NCBI GenBank assembly: GCA_963811165.1
Contig: CAWEQH010000001.1
Span: 1 to 64,000 of the forward strand
DNA length: 64,000 nt
Direction: 5' to 3'
Source of the DNA: an uncultured Nitrospiraceae bacterium
GTDB lineage: Bacteria; Nitrospirota; Thermodesulfovibrionia; Thermodesulfovibrionales; UBA6898
In this document: piece after piece, positions 48,007 through 59,656 of the stretch
How positions within the stretch are numbered: position 1 is the first letter of the stretch
Layout of the letters: each line of letters opens with the position of its first letter
Notes under the pieces: model-generated
Told to the model about the DNA's origin: nothing
The model's database searches: none
The model's input: only the letters and a program-made list of their open reading frames with translations
Position numbers and translations under genes: made by a program

Positions 48007-50415
48007 ACAGGCTATGTATTGGTATTAGTTTTCTTACATTTTTCACAATAGTATCTATTACAAATGCGTATGACAACAAGGATACCCACAGGAGAATAAC
48101 AGAGAACGCGGTACCGGGAGCAAAGCTCGATAATTATCTGAAGAATAGTCTAGGACTTGTTAGTGGAATTAAGGAGTATATAAGAGAAAAGCAAATAATT
48201 GAATGGCTGAAAGAAGGCTCCTACCTCGAAGACGTTCCCGCTTGTCGAGCTGTGAATCATTTTCACGATCCCACAAAACTGTGGAATGCCTCACAGATGA
48301 GTGATCAGCCTCCGTGGTTGGACGCATGGTGTATTGATTGGAAGCCTTTCTATTCAAACGTCACCTGGGCGACTGGATATTCGGACAGATCACTTGATGG
48401 CCTGAAAGTCGCGCTTCCCAAAACTGTTAACGCGCCCGTCAACTGGGACAGCGCCAGAGACTATTATTACAAGGCGCTGACCATGAAGGCAAAAGACAAC
48501 CGAGAAATCTATTTCACATGGACATTAGGAGCTGTAGGACAGGTCTTGCATCTTCTTCAGGACACGACCGTTCCTGCTCATGTCAGAAACGATTTCCAGT
48601 CACACCTTTTTAAGAATCAAAGCAGCATTCTTGGCGGATTGTTTGATCGGTATCAGCCTTATGAGCTTTATGTGCAAATCAACCCGGGACTTGTTACCAC
48701 TGCTGTCCCAGTGACGCCGTCATTTAGTGTTCCAGTACGACTCACGGATTATTGGGATACAAAAGATCTGTATAACAACAAACAGCCCTCTATCAGTGCT
48801 TCCATTGGGGCGTCTGAATTCACCAATGCAAATTACTTTAGTGATTTCACAATTGGGAATAATGCTCCGACACCAGAGCACACCTTTGATTATCCTTCGA
48901 TCGGTGGATCTGGTTATCAGATATGTACGGACTATGCACACGATTCATTAACCAAAAGAAAGTATGTCAGCAGAAAACCTTGTACACAGCTATCAGAAGG
49001 AAGAACTGCCGATCACTTTGCTGTGGCAAGTCTCATTAATCCAGAGTCGGCGATAGCCGCTGCGACAGCTAGCGGAAACCTGTCCTCTCTAAAATTGTGG
49101 CTCGATAACAACGTGCACAACACATATGCTAAAGACCTTCTTCCCCGCGCCGTCGGCTACTCGGCGGGTCTCTCTAAACTACTTCTTCCGAGGTGACATC
49201 CGACTAAGCTATGAGACAAGCGGCACATCCGGCTATGTCTTTATGAACAAGACCGGTGAGCGGGTGGAGGGGGACTTCACGATCTATTACGACACTGCGA
49301 AAGATGAGCGGTATCCCGTCTGGATAGGGAAAGGATATCTTGAGTCGACTATGGACGACAAGACAAACACAATCGATTTCATCCCTCCTGTCGACGCAAA
49401 GGAACCGGGCAAGTATATCGTCGTCTTCAAAGGAAAAATGGGCAATGAAGAGGGAGCAGTCGCCGGGTATGTATATCAAGGACGCTTGAAATAACCCCGC
49501 CTTCCCAGTTCATCTACTCCATGGTGGACGGGAGCGCGACCGACCCTAACTTCACGAGAATCAGAGCGAAAGTGAAGAACTCAAATACAAGCGAACAGAT
49601 GCGAAACGGAACGGTCCAGGCAGTGGCAAAATATAAAGCGGACACCAACGATACCGATTTCATTTATTCAGTGTCCGACTCTAAGGCGATAGACTTGAGC
49701 AACAATGCACAGGTGGAGGTTGAATTCAACTTCGATAATGACCCCATCCCTGTTGACGTAACCGACCTATACCTTCAGGTCATATTCAAAGGAAATATAG
49801 GGAACCGAAGACAACGCCGTTGCCATCGGCATAAAAGACATCAGCGAACCCACACCCATAGGCATCTTTAACAACATGGACAGGATCTGCATCAATGGGA
49901 AATGGTATGCGGCAGGCAGTTCAGAAGCGCATGATGCGTTGCCGGCCCCGGTAACGTGGGATTACTGGCCGCACGATTTGGAGAATGTGTTCATCAAGAT
50001 ATCCCCTGTCAATGCTCCAAGTGATGCATCGCAGACCAACTCTACTTTCTCTACGGCAAACATTGAACCAGGCGCCCTTTATCAAATGTTTATCCTGAGC
50101 GATTATGACTTTGTGTATAGCGACTATGGGTTTACGGTCGGGACAGACCCTGATGATTATTTTATACATGACGCTGCAATCAAGAAAGCAAGGACACAGG
50201 GGGCTGGGGTCCGAAACCAGACAGAATACAGTAACGACCCGGCATTTTGCTCACCGGCCATTACGCCGTGCCTTGTTACGCGCAGGCCGTCCTACTACTT
50301 TTTTAGGGGAGTGAAGATGTGGGGATCGGGCAGCTTTATAGTCGACGGGGTGTCGTATCCGAACTACACAGATCCCGGCTATATCCCGTGTTCATGGGAT
50401 GACCTGAAGCAATAA
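48003..50415 (+). CDS. Secreted Zn-dependent phospholipase C / S1-P1-nuclease-like protein with C-terminal beta-rich domains (frameshifts near 49175, 49490, 49805)
   Basis: Signal peptide then 'YD..DTH..IT', 'GSYLED', 'NHFHDP', 'HLLQD..VPAH', 'YE'; downstream ORFs continue in shifted frames. Confidence 0.6.
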
Positions 50416-50603
50416 GGCGCCGAAGTGCGAAAAGAGAATGGGGAAAGAAGAAATAGAAATGTCGATTTACGACATATGCGAAGTCGGCCAATAGCTGATC
50501 GCCAAAAGTAGTCACAGGAGGGATGTAATGATCTCGATAACATATCCGTCGAACAACGCAGCGATCAACAGACCGGCGACGATGGTAAGAGGAATGGCAG
50601 AGG

Positions 50604-51641
50604 CTATAGGACCGTCCACTGCTGGGGGAGAAAGATCCTTTCGTAGGTCATCAGGGCAAAACTGTCGGTCATGCCGGCGATAAAGTCGCAGACCATGCGA
50701 CCCTTGTTCGCTTTTTTTAACGGGGGGATGTCCTCGAAAACCTCCTCCGGGTGCTCCAAGTAATATTCATAGAGGTCCTTTAATATCTTTTTTGCCTTTC
50801 TAAATTCCCTCCTGATCACTTGACTTTCATATACCCGCTCATAAAGGAAATCCCTGAGCATATAGGCAGCTTCGGAGACCTCTTCACTCATCTTGAGCGC
50901 CTCGAGGTCTCGTTTGCGGGAGCTATAGATAAAGTCCTTCACCATTGAATCTATCCTTGCGGCGTGCGTTCCCCCAAGCACCTTTATGATCTTCCGCGGA
51001 ATGTCCGCCTCCCTGATCACCTCAGCCCTGAGTGCGTCGTCGAGGTCGTGATTGACATATGCGATGAGGTCAGAAACCCTCACTACCTGACCCTCAAGCG
51101 TCTTCGCCCGCTCCGCCTTCTTTTCAGGCATTATGAGCCCCTTGCCTTTTGAATGTTTCACAATGCCGTTTCTCACTTCGAAGGTAAGGTTCAACCCCTG
51201 CCCATCCCTCTCAAGGAAATCAACCACCCTCAGGCTCTGCTTATAATGGTCGAATCCGCCCGGGTGTATATCCCTCAGGATGTCTTCTCCTGCATGGCCA
51301 AACGGGGTATGGCCGAGATCGTGGCCAAGGGCGACCGCCTCGGTCAGGTCTTCATTGAGCCTCATGGCCCTCGCGATGGTCCGTGCGATCTGGGAGACCT
51401 CCAGCACATGCGTCAGACGAGTTCTGTAGTGGTCTCCCCTGGGGGCAAGAAATACCTGCGTTTTATGCTTCAGCCTCCGAAACGCCTTTGAATGAATAAT
51501 TCTGTCCCTGTCGCGCTGAAAACAAGTCCTTATCTCACCTTCTTTTTCAGGCCTTGTGCGGCCCTTGCTCCCTGAGCTGAGACACGCCTTGGGATGCAGG
51601 ACTTTGCCCTCAAGATCTTCTGTCTGTTCCCGAATGGTCAT
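50604..51641 (-). CDS. dgt: Deoxyguanosinetriphosphate triphosphohydrolase-like protein
   Basis: '[21 protein letters not shown]', 'RTRLTH', '[14 protein letters not shown]', 'DFIAGMTD'. Confidence 0.93.
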   Translation of the reverse strand: MTIREQTEDLEGKVLHPKACLSSGSKGRTRPEKEGEIRTCFQRDRDRIIHSKAFRRLKHKTQVFLAPRGDHYRTRLTHVLEVSQIARTIARAMRLNEDLTEAVALGHDLGHTPFGHAGEDILRDIHPGGFDHYKQSLRVVDFLERDGQGLNLTFEVRNGIVKHSKGKGLIMPEKKAERAKTLEGQVVRVSDLIAYVNHDLDDALRAEVIREADIPRKIIKVLGGTHAARIDSMVKDFIYSSRKRDLEALKMSEEVSEAAYMLRDFLYERVYESQVIRREFRKAKKILKDLYEYYLEHPEEVFEDIPPLKKANKGRMVCDFIAGMTDSFALMTYERIFLPQQWTVL

Positions 51642-51682
51642 AGAGGTTATTGTACCTCAATCCCCGACTTCTTTTTCACACA

Positions 51683-52078
51683 TTATCCGGAGAAAGTGAG
51701 ATAAAGATCAGCGGCTATCGCGATTAAGGAAAGAAGAAAGATGATCGCATAATTGAGGTCCTCAGGAGAGGACTTGATGGAAGAAAGAAGGTAAAGGACC
51801 ACGTCCCTGTCCTCTTCCTCCAGACACCTATTGTCCCTTAATTTTTCCATCAGCCCAAAATCCTCTACCGCCTTTTTTCTTTTCTTAGAGATGCGGTAGC
51901 GGTAAAGGAAAAAGAAGGAGTACCCCAGGGCACCTATATACCAGGCCGGCCTGACCCACGAAGGTTCGAGATGCTGCAATATTATGACTGCCCTGAAAGC
52001 AATGGCCGAGATGAGACCGAGGATAAAGAAACCCACGATAATATATCTGGGCACCGTATGTGGTCTGCCGTTTGCCAT
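51683..52078 (-). CDS. Hypothetical membrane protein
   Basis: Three hydrophobic segments; co-oriented with neighbours. Confidence 0.6.
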   Translation of the reverse strand: MANGRPHTVPRYIIVGFFILGLISAIAFRAVIILQHLEPSWVRPAWYIGALGYSFFFLYRYRISKKRKKAVEDFGLMEKLRDNRCLEEEDRDVVLYLLSSIKSSPEDLNYAIIFLLSLIAIAADLYLTFSG

Positions 52079-52132
52079 CGAGATCAAGCCGTTTCAGTCC
52101 GAGCACTGCATACGCGCTTCAGCAGTTCCCCG

Positions 52133-53596
52133 CTACTCTTTGGTCTGTTCGAATCCCTGTTTCGCCTTTTCATTGGCGGGATCGATCTTCAGCGCTTTTT
52201 CGAAATTGCTGTGGGCCCTTTTCTTTATGCCGGCCTTCGTGTAAAGGAGTCCGAGGTTGGCATAATGGTCCGCATTGAAAGGCTCAAGCTTGACCGCAGC
52301 AAGGAGGGCCTCTTCGGCATCCTTGAGCTTTCCCGGCATCTTCGAAAGAGCAAGGGAAAGGTAACTCCAGTGCTGGGCGCTATTGGGCGCCAGTTTGGTT
52401 GCCCACGTAAAATTCTCGACCGCCCCCCGGAAATTTCCCTTCTTGAACTCATCAACTCCCCTCTTAAACTGGTCCTCAGCCTTCATGTCTCCGGAGGGTC
52501 CTTCTCCTCGTCCGAGGCTGACCGCCGTAAGTAAATATTCCTCACGGGTTTTTTCATCCTTTAGCGAGTCATAGGCCCTGGTAACCGCATCAAAGATTTC
52601 GGTAAGTTTTGCCTTCATAGAATTGTCGGCGACTGTAAAATTCCGATCGGGGTGGAATTCCTTGGCGAGCCGGTAATAATTTTTCTTTATCGTTTCTTCG
52701 TCCGCCTTTGAATCTATTTCGAGCAATTCATATTCGCTCATAACGCCCAGCTTTGCATAAATCGATTCCACCCTCCTAAGAAGCGACGCCTCCTCTTCAG
52801 AATGGGGCCTTAATATCTCATCCAGCAGCTCCGGTTCTTCCGGGGTCCCCAAGGCCTCTTCAACGAATGCGTCGGCCTTAATAGCGGTCGTCTGCTCGAC
52901 GATCCCTATCGCCCAAAGAACGTAGAGTATCTTTAATGCCTCGAAAGAACCAAGCCATGAATTCTCGATGACCTCCTTGATGGTTTTTTTTCCGTCGATA
53001 AGGGAGAGTATCTTTCCGTCCTGGGAACTGAGTTCGATGCCCTGAAAAAGGCTGAGAGGGTCGCCGCTCAACCGTAAAACGGAATCCGTCTCCGGCATTT
53101 CATTGCGGATCTTCGTCCAGTTGTCGATTTTTTTCACGCCCTCATATATCAGGTTGCCCATGCTCATCTTGAGGGTGATGACCTCCTGCGTAGGTATTTG
53201 CCCTTCCCTGAATTCATACTCCGCCTCCTCCAGGAGGAACATGCTGTGGATGATCTCTTTTACCTGATACTTTACCCCCCAAAAAAGGTCCTTTGGGGTC
53301 AAATAGCCGAGTTCCACAAGGATCGCTCCCAGCCTTTTCTTCGAGGCCTTCAGGATCTCTACAGCCCTGTCGTACTGTTCCACCGTAATTTTGTCTGCTT
53401 TGAGCAGCATCTCCCCGAGTCTGTCGTCCTCGTACGTGGAGGAGGCAAAAATGGCGTCCCCGGCATTGAGATATATTTCCTTCGTAAAAACAGGTGTCCT
53501 AAGAGAAAGCGTACCGGTCTTCCTGTTTCGGTTGAGGTAGACCAGCAATTTTACGAGACTCACATCCTTAACGTTGCCCGTCAGCGGTATTTCCAT
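52133..53596 (-). CDS. DUF4388 (PATAN-like) + J-domain + TPR protein
   Basis: '[13 protein letters not shown]...RKTGTL', 'YYRLAKEFHPDR', C-terminal TPR repeats. Confidence 0.85.
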   Translation of the reverse strand: MEIPLTGNVKDVSLVKLLVYLNRNRKTGTLSLRTPVFTKEIYLNAGDAIFASSTYEDDRLGEMLLKADKITVEQYDRAVEILKASKKRLGAILVELGYLTPKDLFWGVKYQVKEIIHSMFLLEEAEYEFREGQIPTQEVITLKMSMGNLIYEGVKKIDNWTKIRNEMPETDSVLRLSGDPLSLFQGIELSSQDGKILSLIDGKKTIKEVIENSWLGSFEALKILYVLWAIGIVEQTTAIKADAFVEEALGTPEEPELLDEILRPHSEEEASLLRRVESIYAKLGVMSEYELLEIDSKADEETIKKNYYRLAKEFHPDRNFTVADNSMKAKLTEIFDAVTRAYDSLKDEKTREEYLLTAVSLGRGEGPSGDMKAEDQFKRGVDEFKKGNFRGAVENFTWATKLAPNSAQHWSYLSLALSKMPGKLKDAEEALLAAVKLEPFNADHYANLGLLYTKAGIKKRAHSNFEKALKIDPANEKAKQGFEQTKE

Positions 53597-53867
53597 CTTT
53601 CCCCTCTCCAGCCATTTTTTTCATCGAAGACAGTTCTTCGCGAAGGTCGGTACCCTCGTTCTTCGAAGACTGCAACTGTATCGAGATCGTTCTGAGTTCT
53701 TCAGTCTGCCTGTCTATCTTATCCCGTAAGACAAAAATATAGTATCCCTCGACGGCCACTGCCGCCATCAGGAGGAGAACAGCCAAAAGCCTAAGCGCGA
53801 TGCGTCTTCCATCTGAGGACCCCCCGGGGGCGGGTTCTTTATGACAGGCGCCCGAGCCGTGCTTCAT
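53568..53867 (-). CDS. Hypothetical single-TM coiled-coil protein
   Basis: One TM then coiled coil; overlaps neighbours in the operon. Confidence 0.55.
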   Translation of the reverse strand: MKHGSGACHKEPAPGGSSDGRRIALRLLAVLLLMAAVAVEGYYIFVLRDKIDRQTEELRTISIQLQSSKNEGTDLREELSSMKKMAGEGKDGNTADGQR

Positions 53868-54370
53868 TGATACCTTTTGATCCTGAACTTGAAAACGTCC
53901 ACATCTTCACCAGGCAGTATTCCCGCCTTCATCCTGGTTATCCGCAACTGCTCTTCAACGGAATCCACACCTTCGAGGTCCGGCAGAAGAAGCCCCCGCC
54001 TCTGTCCCGACGTGACAATCACCCCGTACTCTTTCGGATCGAGTTCTTTCATATCTCCCACTTTTTCGGGAGCGGAAAGCACATCAACGGTATAATGCAG
54101 CTGCTCCAGCTCCTCCTCCCCGACCGGCGAAAAACGCGGGTCCTGGGTGGCGGCCGAAATTGCGTTTCGCAAGGTTTCCTCTGCGAGGTTTTCGCGGCAG
54201 GGCAGAAAGGTCCCGACGCAGCCCCTCAGCTGCCCGTCTTTTTTTATACATACAAAAACGCCGGCCTTTTCGCGCATTTCAGGGGAAAGCGGCTCAGGAG
54301 GTTGTATTACTTTCCGGTATCTGACAAACTCTTCGACGCTCTTTTTGGCTAGTTCCACGAGGCCGTGCAT
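53864..54370 (-). CDS. AMMECR1-domain protein
   Basis: '[15 protein letters not shown]', 'DPRF', 'GLLLP'. Confidence 0.9.
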   Translation of the reverse strand: MHGLVELAKKSVEEFVRYRKVIQPPEPLSPEMREKAGVFVCIKKDGQLRGCVGTFLPCRENLAEETLRNAISAATQDPRFSPVGEEELEQLHYTVDVLSAPEKVGDMKELDPKEYGVIVTSGQRRGLLLPDLEGVDSVEEQLRITRMKAGILPGEDVDVFKFRIKRYQ

Positions 54371-55341
54371 CACTTCCCTCTTGACAGCGAGTAATCGGCG
54401 ATTGCAAGGAGGGCCTCCTTCCAAGGACTATCGGAAAAGATCGCAAGCTCTGATTTGGCCTCCTCAACAAGCAGACGGGCTTTTTTGAGAGATTCGTCGA
54501 TTGAGCGGTACTTTTTCAGAAGTGCAAGCACCCTATCGACGCCGTCACCCGTGAAGTTGTCCCCGATTATTTTTTTGATCTCAAGAATCTCTTCCCCGCC
54601 GGCCGACCTGAGGAGATAAAGGAGAGGAAGCGTTATCTTTCCTTCTTCAAGGTCCTTGCAGAGTTTCTTCCCGAGTTCGCCTTCTTCGGCCATGTAGTCT
54701 AAAATATCATCGGCCATCTGAAACACAATCCCTGTCTTCATTCCGAACGCCGCAAGGGCAAGTTCCTTGTCGCGGGGAAGACCGCCCAGTATCGCAGCGG
54801 CCCTGCAGGCCGCGGAAATCAGGGCTCCGGTCTTGGCCGATATAATCTCTATGTAGTCCTCCTCGGTTATATCGGGGTCGCCGATTCTGTTGAGCTGAAG
54901 CAATTCCCCTTCCGTCATCCTGGTCGTCGCCTCTGAGAGGGTCTCCATTATCCTTTGGTTATTCTGGGCCACCGCTGTTTTAAGGGCATTTGAATAGAGA
55001 AAATCACCCACAAGGACTACGACCTGATTGCCCCAGACTGAATTTGCGGTAGGTTTGCCTCTTCTGATCTCCGCCATATCAACGATATCATCATGCAGTA
55101 GCGAAGCGGTATGGATCGATTCTATAATGCCGGCTATCTCGATATGGGCATTCCCTTCGTACCCCGCCATGTCCGCGCAGATCAGATGGAAGAGCGGTCT
55201 GAGCCTTTTGCCTCCGCTTGAGGTAATATAACTGCCTATCAAAGGAATTACCGGTGCCTTGTTTCTGAAAAGCTCCATGATCTTAAGCTCCACCAGGTGG
55301 AGCTTGTTTTCGTAAAGGTCAAAGACATCCTGTAAATTCAT
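54370..55341 (-). CDS. Polyprenyl diphosphate synthase (IspB/HepT-like)
   Basis: 'GGKRLRP', '[12 protein letters not shown]...RRG', 'FQMADDILD'. Confidence 0.92.
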   Translation of the reverse strand: MNLQDVFDLYENKLHLVELKIMELFRNKAPVIPLIGSYITSSGGKRLRPLFHLICADMAGYEGNAHIEIAGIIESIHTASLLHDDIVDMAEIRRGKPTANSVWGNQVVVLVGDFLYSNALKTAVAQNNQRIMETLSEATTRMTEGELLQLNRIGDPDITEEDYIEIISAKTGALISAACRAAAILGGLPRDKELALAAFGMKTGIVFQMADDILDYMAEEGELGKKLCKDLEEGKITLPLLYLLRSAGGEEILEIKKIIGDNFTGDGVDRVLALLKKYRSIDESLKKARLLVEEAKSELAIFSDSPWKEALLAIADYSLSRGK

Positions 55342-55367
55342 TTTTTGATGATAGGATAAAGGTCCCT

Positions 55368-56438
55368 TCATTTCTCCCTCTTGATGCGGAGTTTTTCGAT
55401 GTCCGCATCACCCCTCGCAAGGTCTTTCAGATCTCCCGGCCTGAAGGCCCCCTTTTCGGTGATGATCGCAGTTACATATTTGGCCGGGGTCACATCGAAG
55501 GCAAGGTTTCTTACCCTCACACCCTCCGGCGCTATCCTGCAGGTGCCGAATATGTAGGTCACCTCTTCAGGGCTTCTCTCTTCAATCGGAATAAGGTCAC
55601 CCGAAGGTATGGAAAAATCTATGCTGCTTAGCGGCGCAGCGACAAAAAAAGGAATGTTATGTTCCTTGCACATGACCGCCACCGTATACGTTCCGATCTT
55701 GTTGGCGACATCCCCGTTTAGGACGGTCCTGTCCGTGCCGACAATCGCAAGACTTATCTCTCCCCTTTTCATCAGGGCTCCGGCAGCATTGTCCGTTATC
55801 AAGGTGACCGGGATCCCCTCCTGCATAAGCTCCCAGGCCGTAAGCCTGGCGCCCTGGAGCACCGGTCTCGTCTCATCGGCAACGACAGTGAACTTCTTGC
55901 CCTGTTCCCTGGCAACCAGCATCGGCGCGGTGGCCGTGCCGTAGCCCCCGGTGGCAAGGGACCCGGCATTACAGTGTGTAAGGACCGCGTCACCGTTGTG
56001 GATAAACTGGGCCCCCCACTCGCCGATCGCCCTGTTGATCCTGATGTCTTCCTCCAGTACCTTCTTTGACTCCTCGATCAGGAGTTCCCTGAGCTTCTGG
56101 ACCTTTTCATCTCTGTTTCTTTCGAGAAAGGCCCTCATCCTTTCAACGGCCCAGCGGATATTGACCGCGGTCGGCCTCGTGGCAAGCAGGGTCTCAAAGA
56201 CAGGCCCAAGTTTTCTCACGAAGCTGTCGTAATCGTCTGCGTCTATCTCCTGGGCGGCAAGGGCGATCCCCATGGCCGTGGCTATCCCGATGGCCGGGGC
56301 GCCTCTTATCCAGAGCCTCTTTATCCCCTCTGCCACCTTGAGATAATTTTCACATTCTATATATGCGACTTCGATGGGAAGCTTCGACTGGTCAAGCATA
56401 ACGACTTTGCCGTCGGCCCATTCGATCGTCTTTACCAT
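55368..56438 (-). CDS. mtnA: Methylthioribose-1-phosphate isomerase
   Basis: 'RGAPAIG', 'TRPTAVN', 'LTHCNAG.LAT.GYGTA', 'ETRP.LQGARLT', 'NKIGT'. Confidence 0.95.
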   Translation of the reverse strand: MVKTIEWADGKVVMLDQSKLPIEVAYIECENYLKVAEGIKRLWIRGAPAIGIATAMGIALAAQEIDADDYDSFVRKLGPVFETLLATRPTAVNIRWAVERMRAFLERNRDEKVQKLRELLIEESKKVLEEDIRINRAIGEWGAQFIHNGDAVLTHCNAGSLATGGYGTATAPMLVAREQGKKFTVVADETRPVLQGARLTAWELMQEGIPVTLITDNAAGALMKRGEISLAIVGTDRTVLNGDVANKIGTYTVAVMCKEHNIPFFVAAPLSSIDFSIPSGDLIPIEERSPEEVTYIFGTCRIAPEGVRVRNLAFDVTPAKYVTAIITEKGAFRPGDLKDLARGDADIEKLRIKREK

Positions 56439-56534
56439 TTGTCCTCCGTAAGCACTCATTAATTATAAACTAATCATCTGCATCTTACACAGCTGTTCCT
56501 GCCGGAAGAAAATCCTCTGTCATAAGCCCTTATC

Positions 56535-57770
56535 TCATCCCTGCAGAGGATATATGGTAGTTACGATCAAAAACCCTGTAAGAATGATTATCGTTACCAC
56601 CGTCCCCCACGAGATGTAATTAAATGCAGTCGGATTAATGTATTCTCCCATCAACTTTTTGTTGTTTACGAGTAAGAGCGCATATACGAGGACAAAGGGG
56701 AGCAGTAGTCCGTTGATGACCGCCGACAAGACCATAAGAGATACCAGCGGAGCCCCCGGGACAAGGATCACCACAGACGAAAGGGCTATGGTCATCGTAT
56801 AAATCCACATAAACTGCGGGGCCTCCTTGAAAGACTTATTCACCCCTGCCTCCCAACCCATGGCTTCGCAGATATAGTAAGCCGTTGCCAGGGGCACAAT
56901 GATTGCCCCAAGCAGCGAGGCGTTGGCAAGACTCAGGGAGAAGATGAGATACGCATATTTCCCTGCAAGCGGTTTCAGGGCAAGGGCAGCCTCTGACGCC
57001 TCGTTGACCCTCAGCCCGTGGGGAAACAAAAGCGCTCCGCAGGTAACGATAATGAAAAAACTTATAACGTCTGTTATCAAACATCCAATGACGACATCCA
57101 GTCGCGACGCCTTGTACTGCTCCTTCTTTATCCCTTTTTCGGCAATGGACGACTGAAGATAGAACTGCATCCAGGGGGTTATCGTTGTCCCTATTATGGC
57201 TATGCTCAGCATCATGTATTCCGAATTCCAGCGGACCCTGGGGATGAACGTGCTCTTCATCACCGGGCCCCAGTCCGGCTTTGCCATAAGCCCGGAGATC
57301 ACGTACCCTATATATATAAGGCAAGCTACCAGGAGTATTTTTTCAACAAAGCGGTAACTTCCCTTCGTAACAAGTATCCAGATCGACAGCGCACCAATAG
57401 GCACCATGACATACTTGCTCAACCCCAGTATCTCCATGCTGGCGGCCCAGCCTGCGAGATCGGCCACGGTGTTGCCGAAGTTGGCCAAAAGCAGGCCCAG
57501 CATCATAAAAAAAGTGGTTTTGACCCCATAGTTTTCGCGTATCAGGTCGGAAAGCCCTTTACCGGTAACAACACCCATGCGCGCGATCATCTCCTGGACA
57601 ACGACAAGCGCCACGGTGGTTGGTATGAGCGTCCATAACAGTTCGTAGCCGAACCTCGCCCCTGCAACGGAATAGGTGGTGATGCCAGGGGCATCGTTAT
57701 CGATGTTGGCGGTGATAATCCCCGGCCCCATGACCGAAAGGAAAAGGAGAAATTTCTTCCAGCGGGTCAC
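56535..57770 (-). CDS. NRAMP-family divalent metal transporter (Mg-type subfamily likely)
   Basis: 'GPGII...DNDAPGITTYS.AGA', 'GTTITPW'; coupled to the MgtE-N/CBS gene. Confidence 0.88.
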   Translation of the reverse strand: MTRWKKFLLFLSVMGPGIITANIDNDAPGITTYSVAGARFGYELLWTLIPTTVALVVVQEMIARMGVVTGKGLSDLIRENYGVKTTFFMMLGLLLANFGNTVADLAGWAASMEILGLSKYVMVPIGALSIWILVTKGSYRFVEKILLVACLIYIGYVISGLMAKPDWGPVMKSTFIPRVRWNSEYMMLSIAIIGTTITPWMQFYLQSSIAEKGIKKEQYKASRLDVVIGCLITDVISFFIIVTCGALLFPHGLRVNEASEAALALKPLAGKYAYLIFSLSLANASLLGAIIVPLATAYYICEAMGWEAGVNKSFKEAPQFMWIYTMTIALSSVVILVPGAPLVSLMVLSAVINGLLLPFVLVYALLLVNNKKLMGEYINPTAFNYISWGTVVTIIILTGFLIVTTIYPLQG

Positions 57771-59028
57771 ACCTTCCTCCTTTTTTTCTTGGCCGCCGGC
57801 GGAAGCAGCATGTCGACTACGTCATCTACCGTGATGACCCCGTGCATATAGCCTTCCTGGTCCACAACCGGCAGGGCCAGGAGATTGTATTTTGAGATGA
57901 TCTCCGCCACAACCATTTCGTCTTCGCCCGGTCTAACAGTCTTTAGGGTCGTCTCCATCATATCGGCGAGGATGCAGTCTTTCTCGGCGAGGAGCACCTC
58001 CCTAAGTGATATGACGCCTACGAGTTTTTCATCCTTGTCGAGAACGTAGATGTAGTAGACCGTCTCCACTTCCTTTGCCTCGGCCTTGAACCGTTCCAGC
58101 GCCTCCTGGACCGTCATGTCCGGAGAATAGGCGATATATTCATTGGTCATAAGGCCGCCGGCGGTGTCCTCCTCGTGTCCAAGGAGTTCCTGGATGTCTT
58201 CCGCATCTTCCTTTTCGATGTTTTCGAGTATCTCCTTGGCCTTTTCAGTGGGCAGGTCGCTCAGTATGTCGGCCGCCTCGTCAGGGGGCATCTCTTCAAT
58301 GATGTCGGCTGCCTTTTCCGTCGTCATCGAACTGATAAGGTCCGCCTGCATTTCGGGTTTCAGTTCCGACAATGCCTCAGCAGCGGTTTCGATGTCGAGG
58401 TTGTTAAAGAAACTGCTCCCTTCTTTCTGCGAGACACTGCTGATTATGTCGGCGATGTCGGCAGGGTGCAGTTCGGAAAGCATCTGCCTTGGCACAGTAA
58501 GGGATATTGATGTCAGCTTCGGTTCGAGGGGCTGCAGATAATCCCAGCTTATCAGGGTAAAGGGGAGTGTCTTTTTGAACAACTTCAGGAAATCCTCTCC
58601 CCCCTTTCGACACCAAGCCTCCTTAGGATGCCCCTCATCCCCACGTCGACGGCGATCAGGATCGCGTCGTTTTTATACCCCTCGAGCTTGACGTCGTTCA
58701 CCCTCACCACTTTGGCGCCGTTGGCATCCACGATCTGCTTGTCGAGAATGTCCCTGAGGATCAAAAGGTCGTTGTCATCAAATTCATACGGCTTCAGGCT
58801 GTCTTTAAAGACATTCGAGGATATGATCTTCTTGTTGAAGATGTTAAGGTCTGCCCAGGCAAGCCAGAAGAGCTTTTTTTTCCTCTCTATAATGAGCGCC
58901 GATACCCTCGGGAGCGGGTCTCCTTTTATGATTACCATGTCCTTTACCCTCCCGAGGTCTTCCCCTTTGGGGTCAAGGACCGGTTTCTTGATTATCTCGC
59001 TTGAAAAAACTTCTCCAAAAAAAGGCAT
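57767..59028 (-). CDS. PRC-barrel + MgtE N-terminal + CBS domain protein (homopolymer frameshift near 58600)
   Basis: 'DILDKQIVD..GAKVVRVND', 'LHPADIADI', 'TAGGLMT', 'ITVDDV'; one extra G restores the frame. Confidence 0.85.
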
Positions 59029-59272
59029 TTTCGCTCCCGGATTCTCTTTGAAAATGAAGGCGTTACTAAAGTATAGCCGCAGCAGGCTCCTTTGGGCAAC
59101 AGTTTTGTGGCGGTCCTTGGGCGGGTTCGGCCGGCCCTGTCAAAAACATCAGGAGAGATGCGTAGAATTCCGGTATTATAGAGTGAAAAGCTACTGTCTG
59201 AACTGCGCACGAGCCGGGTTGTCCGGGCATATCTTGCGTTTCATACTCGCCAAAGTATAAAGTAAAAATCTT

Positions 59273-59584
59273 ATGGACACCTATAGTGGAAAAACAGATT
59301 TCGTTGATTCACAGAGGCCCCCTGTAAAGGCAGGGTGGATCTGCCTTTTTGTTGCGTGGGCGCTTTTTCTTATACCGATACCGGGACTCGGGTTAATAGG
59401 ATGGGCACTCAACCTGGCTGCCTTTGTTATTTCCATTATTGTGATGGTAAAAGGCCGCATTGGTGCCGGTGTCGCACAGATGGTATGCGCCCTTGCCGTT
59501 TCCCCGATCATTTATTTTGCGGGCCTTGGGATATTGGGGCATTTTTTGTTGCCTCCCCCGGGGATTCACCGTTTATGGCTTTAA
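59273..59584 (+). CDS. Hypothetical membrane protein
   Basis: Three hydrophobic segments. Confidence 0.6.
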   Translation: MDTYSGKTDFVDSQRPPVKAGWICLFVAWALFLIPIPGLGLIGWALNLAAFVISIIVMVKGRIGAGVAQMVCALAVSPIIYFAGLGILGHFLLPPPGIHRLWL

Positions 59585-59656
59585 AACTCCTCGGGCGGAC
59601 CGCATGAGCGACTGGTATCCTTTCGGAAAGTGGTGTAAAGATGGAAAAGGTGTGAA

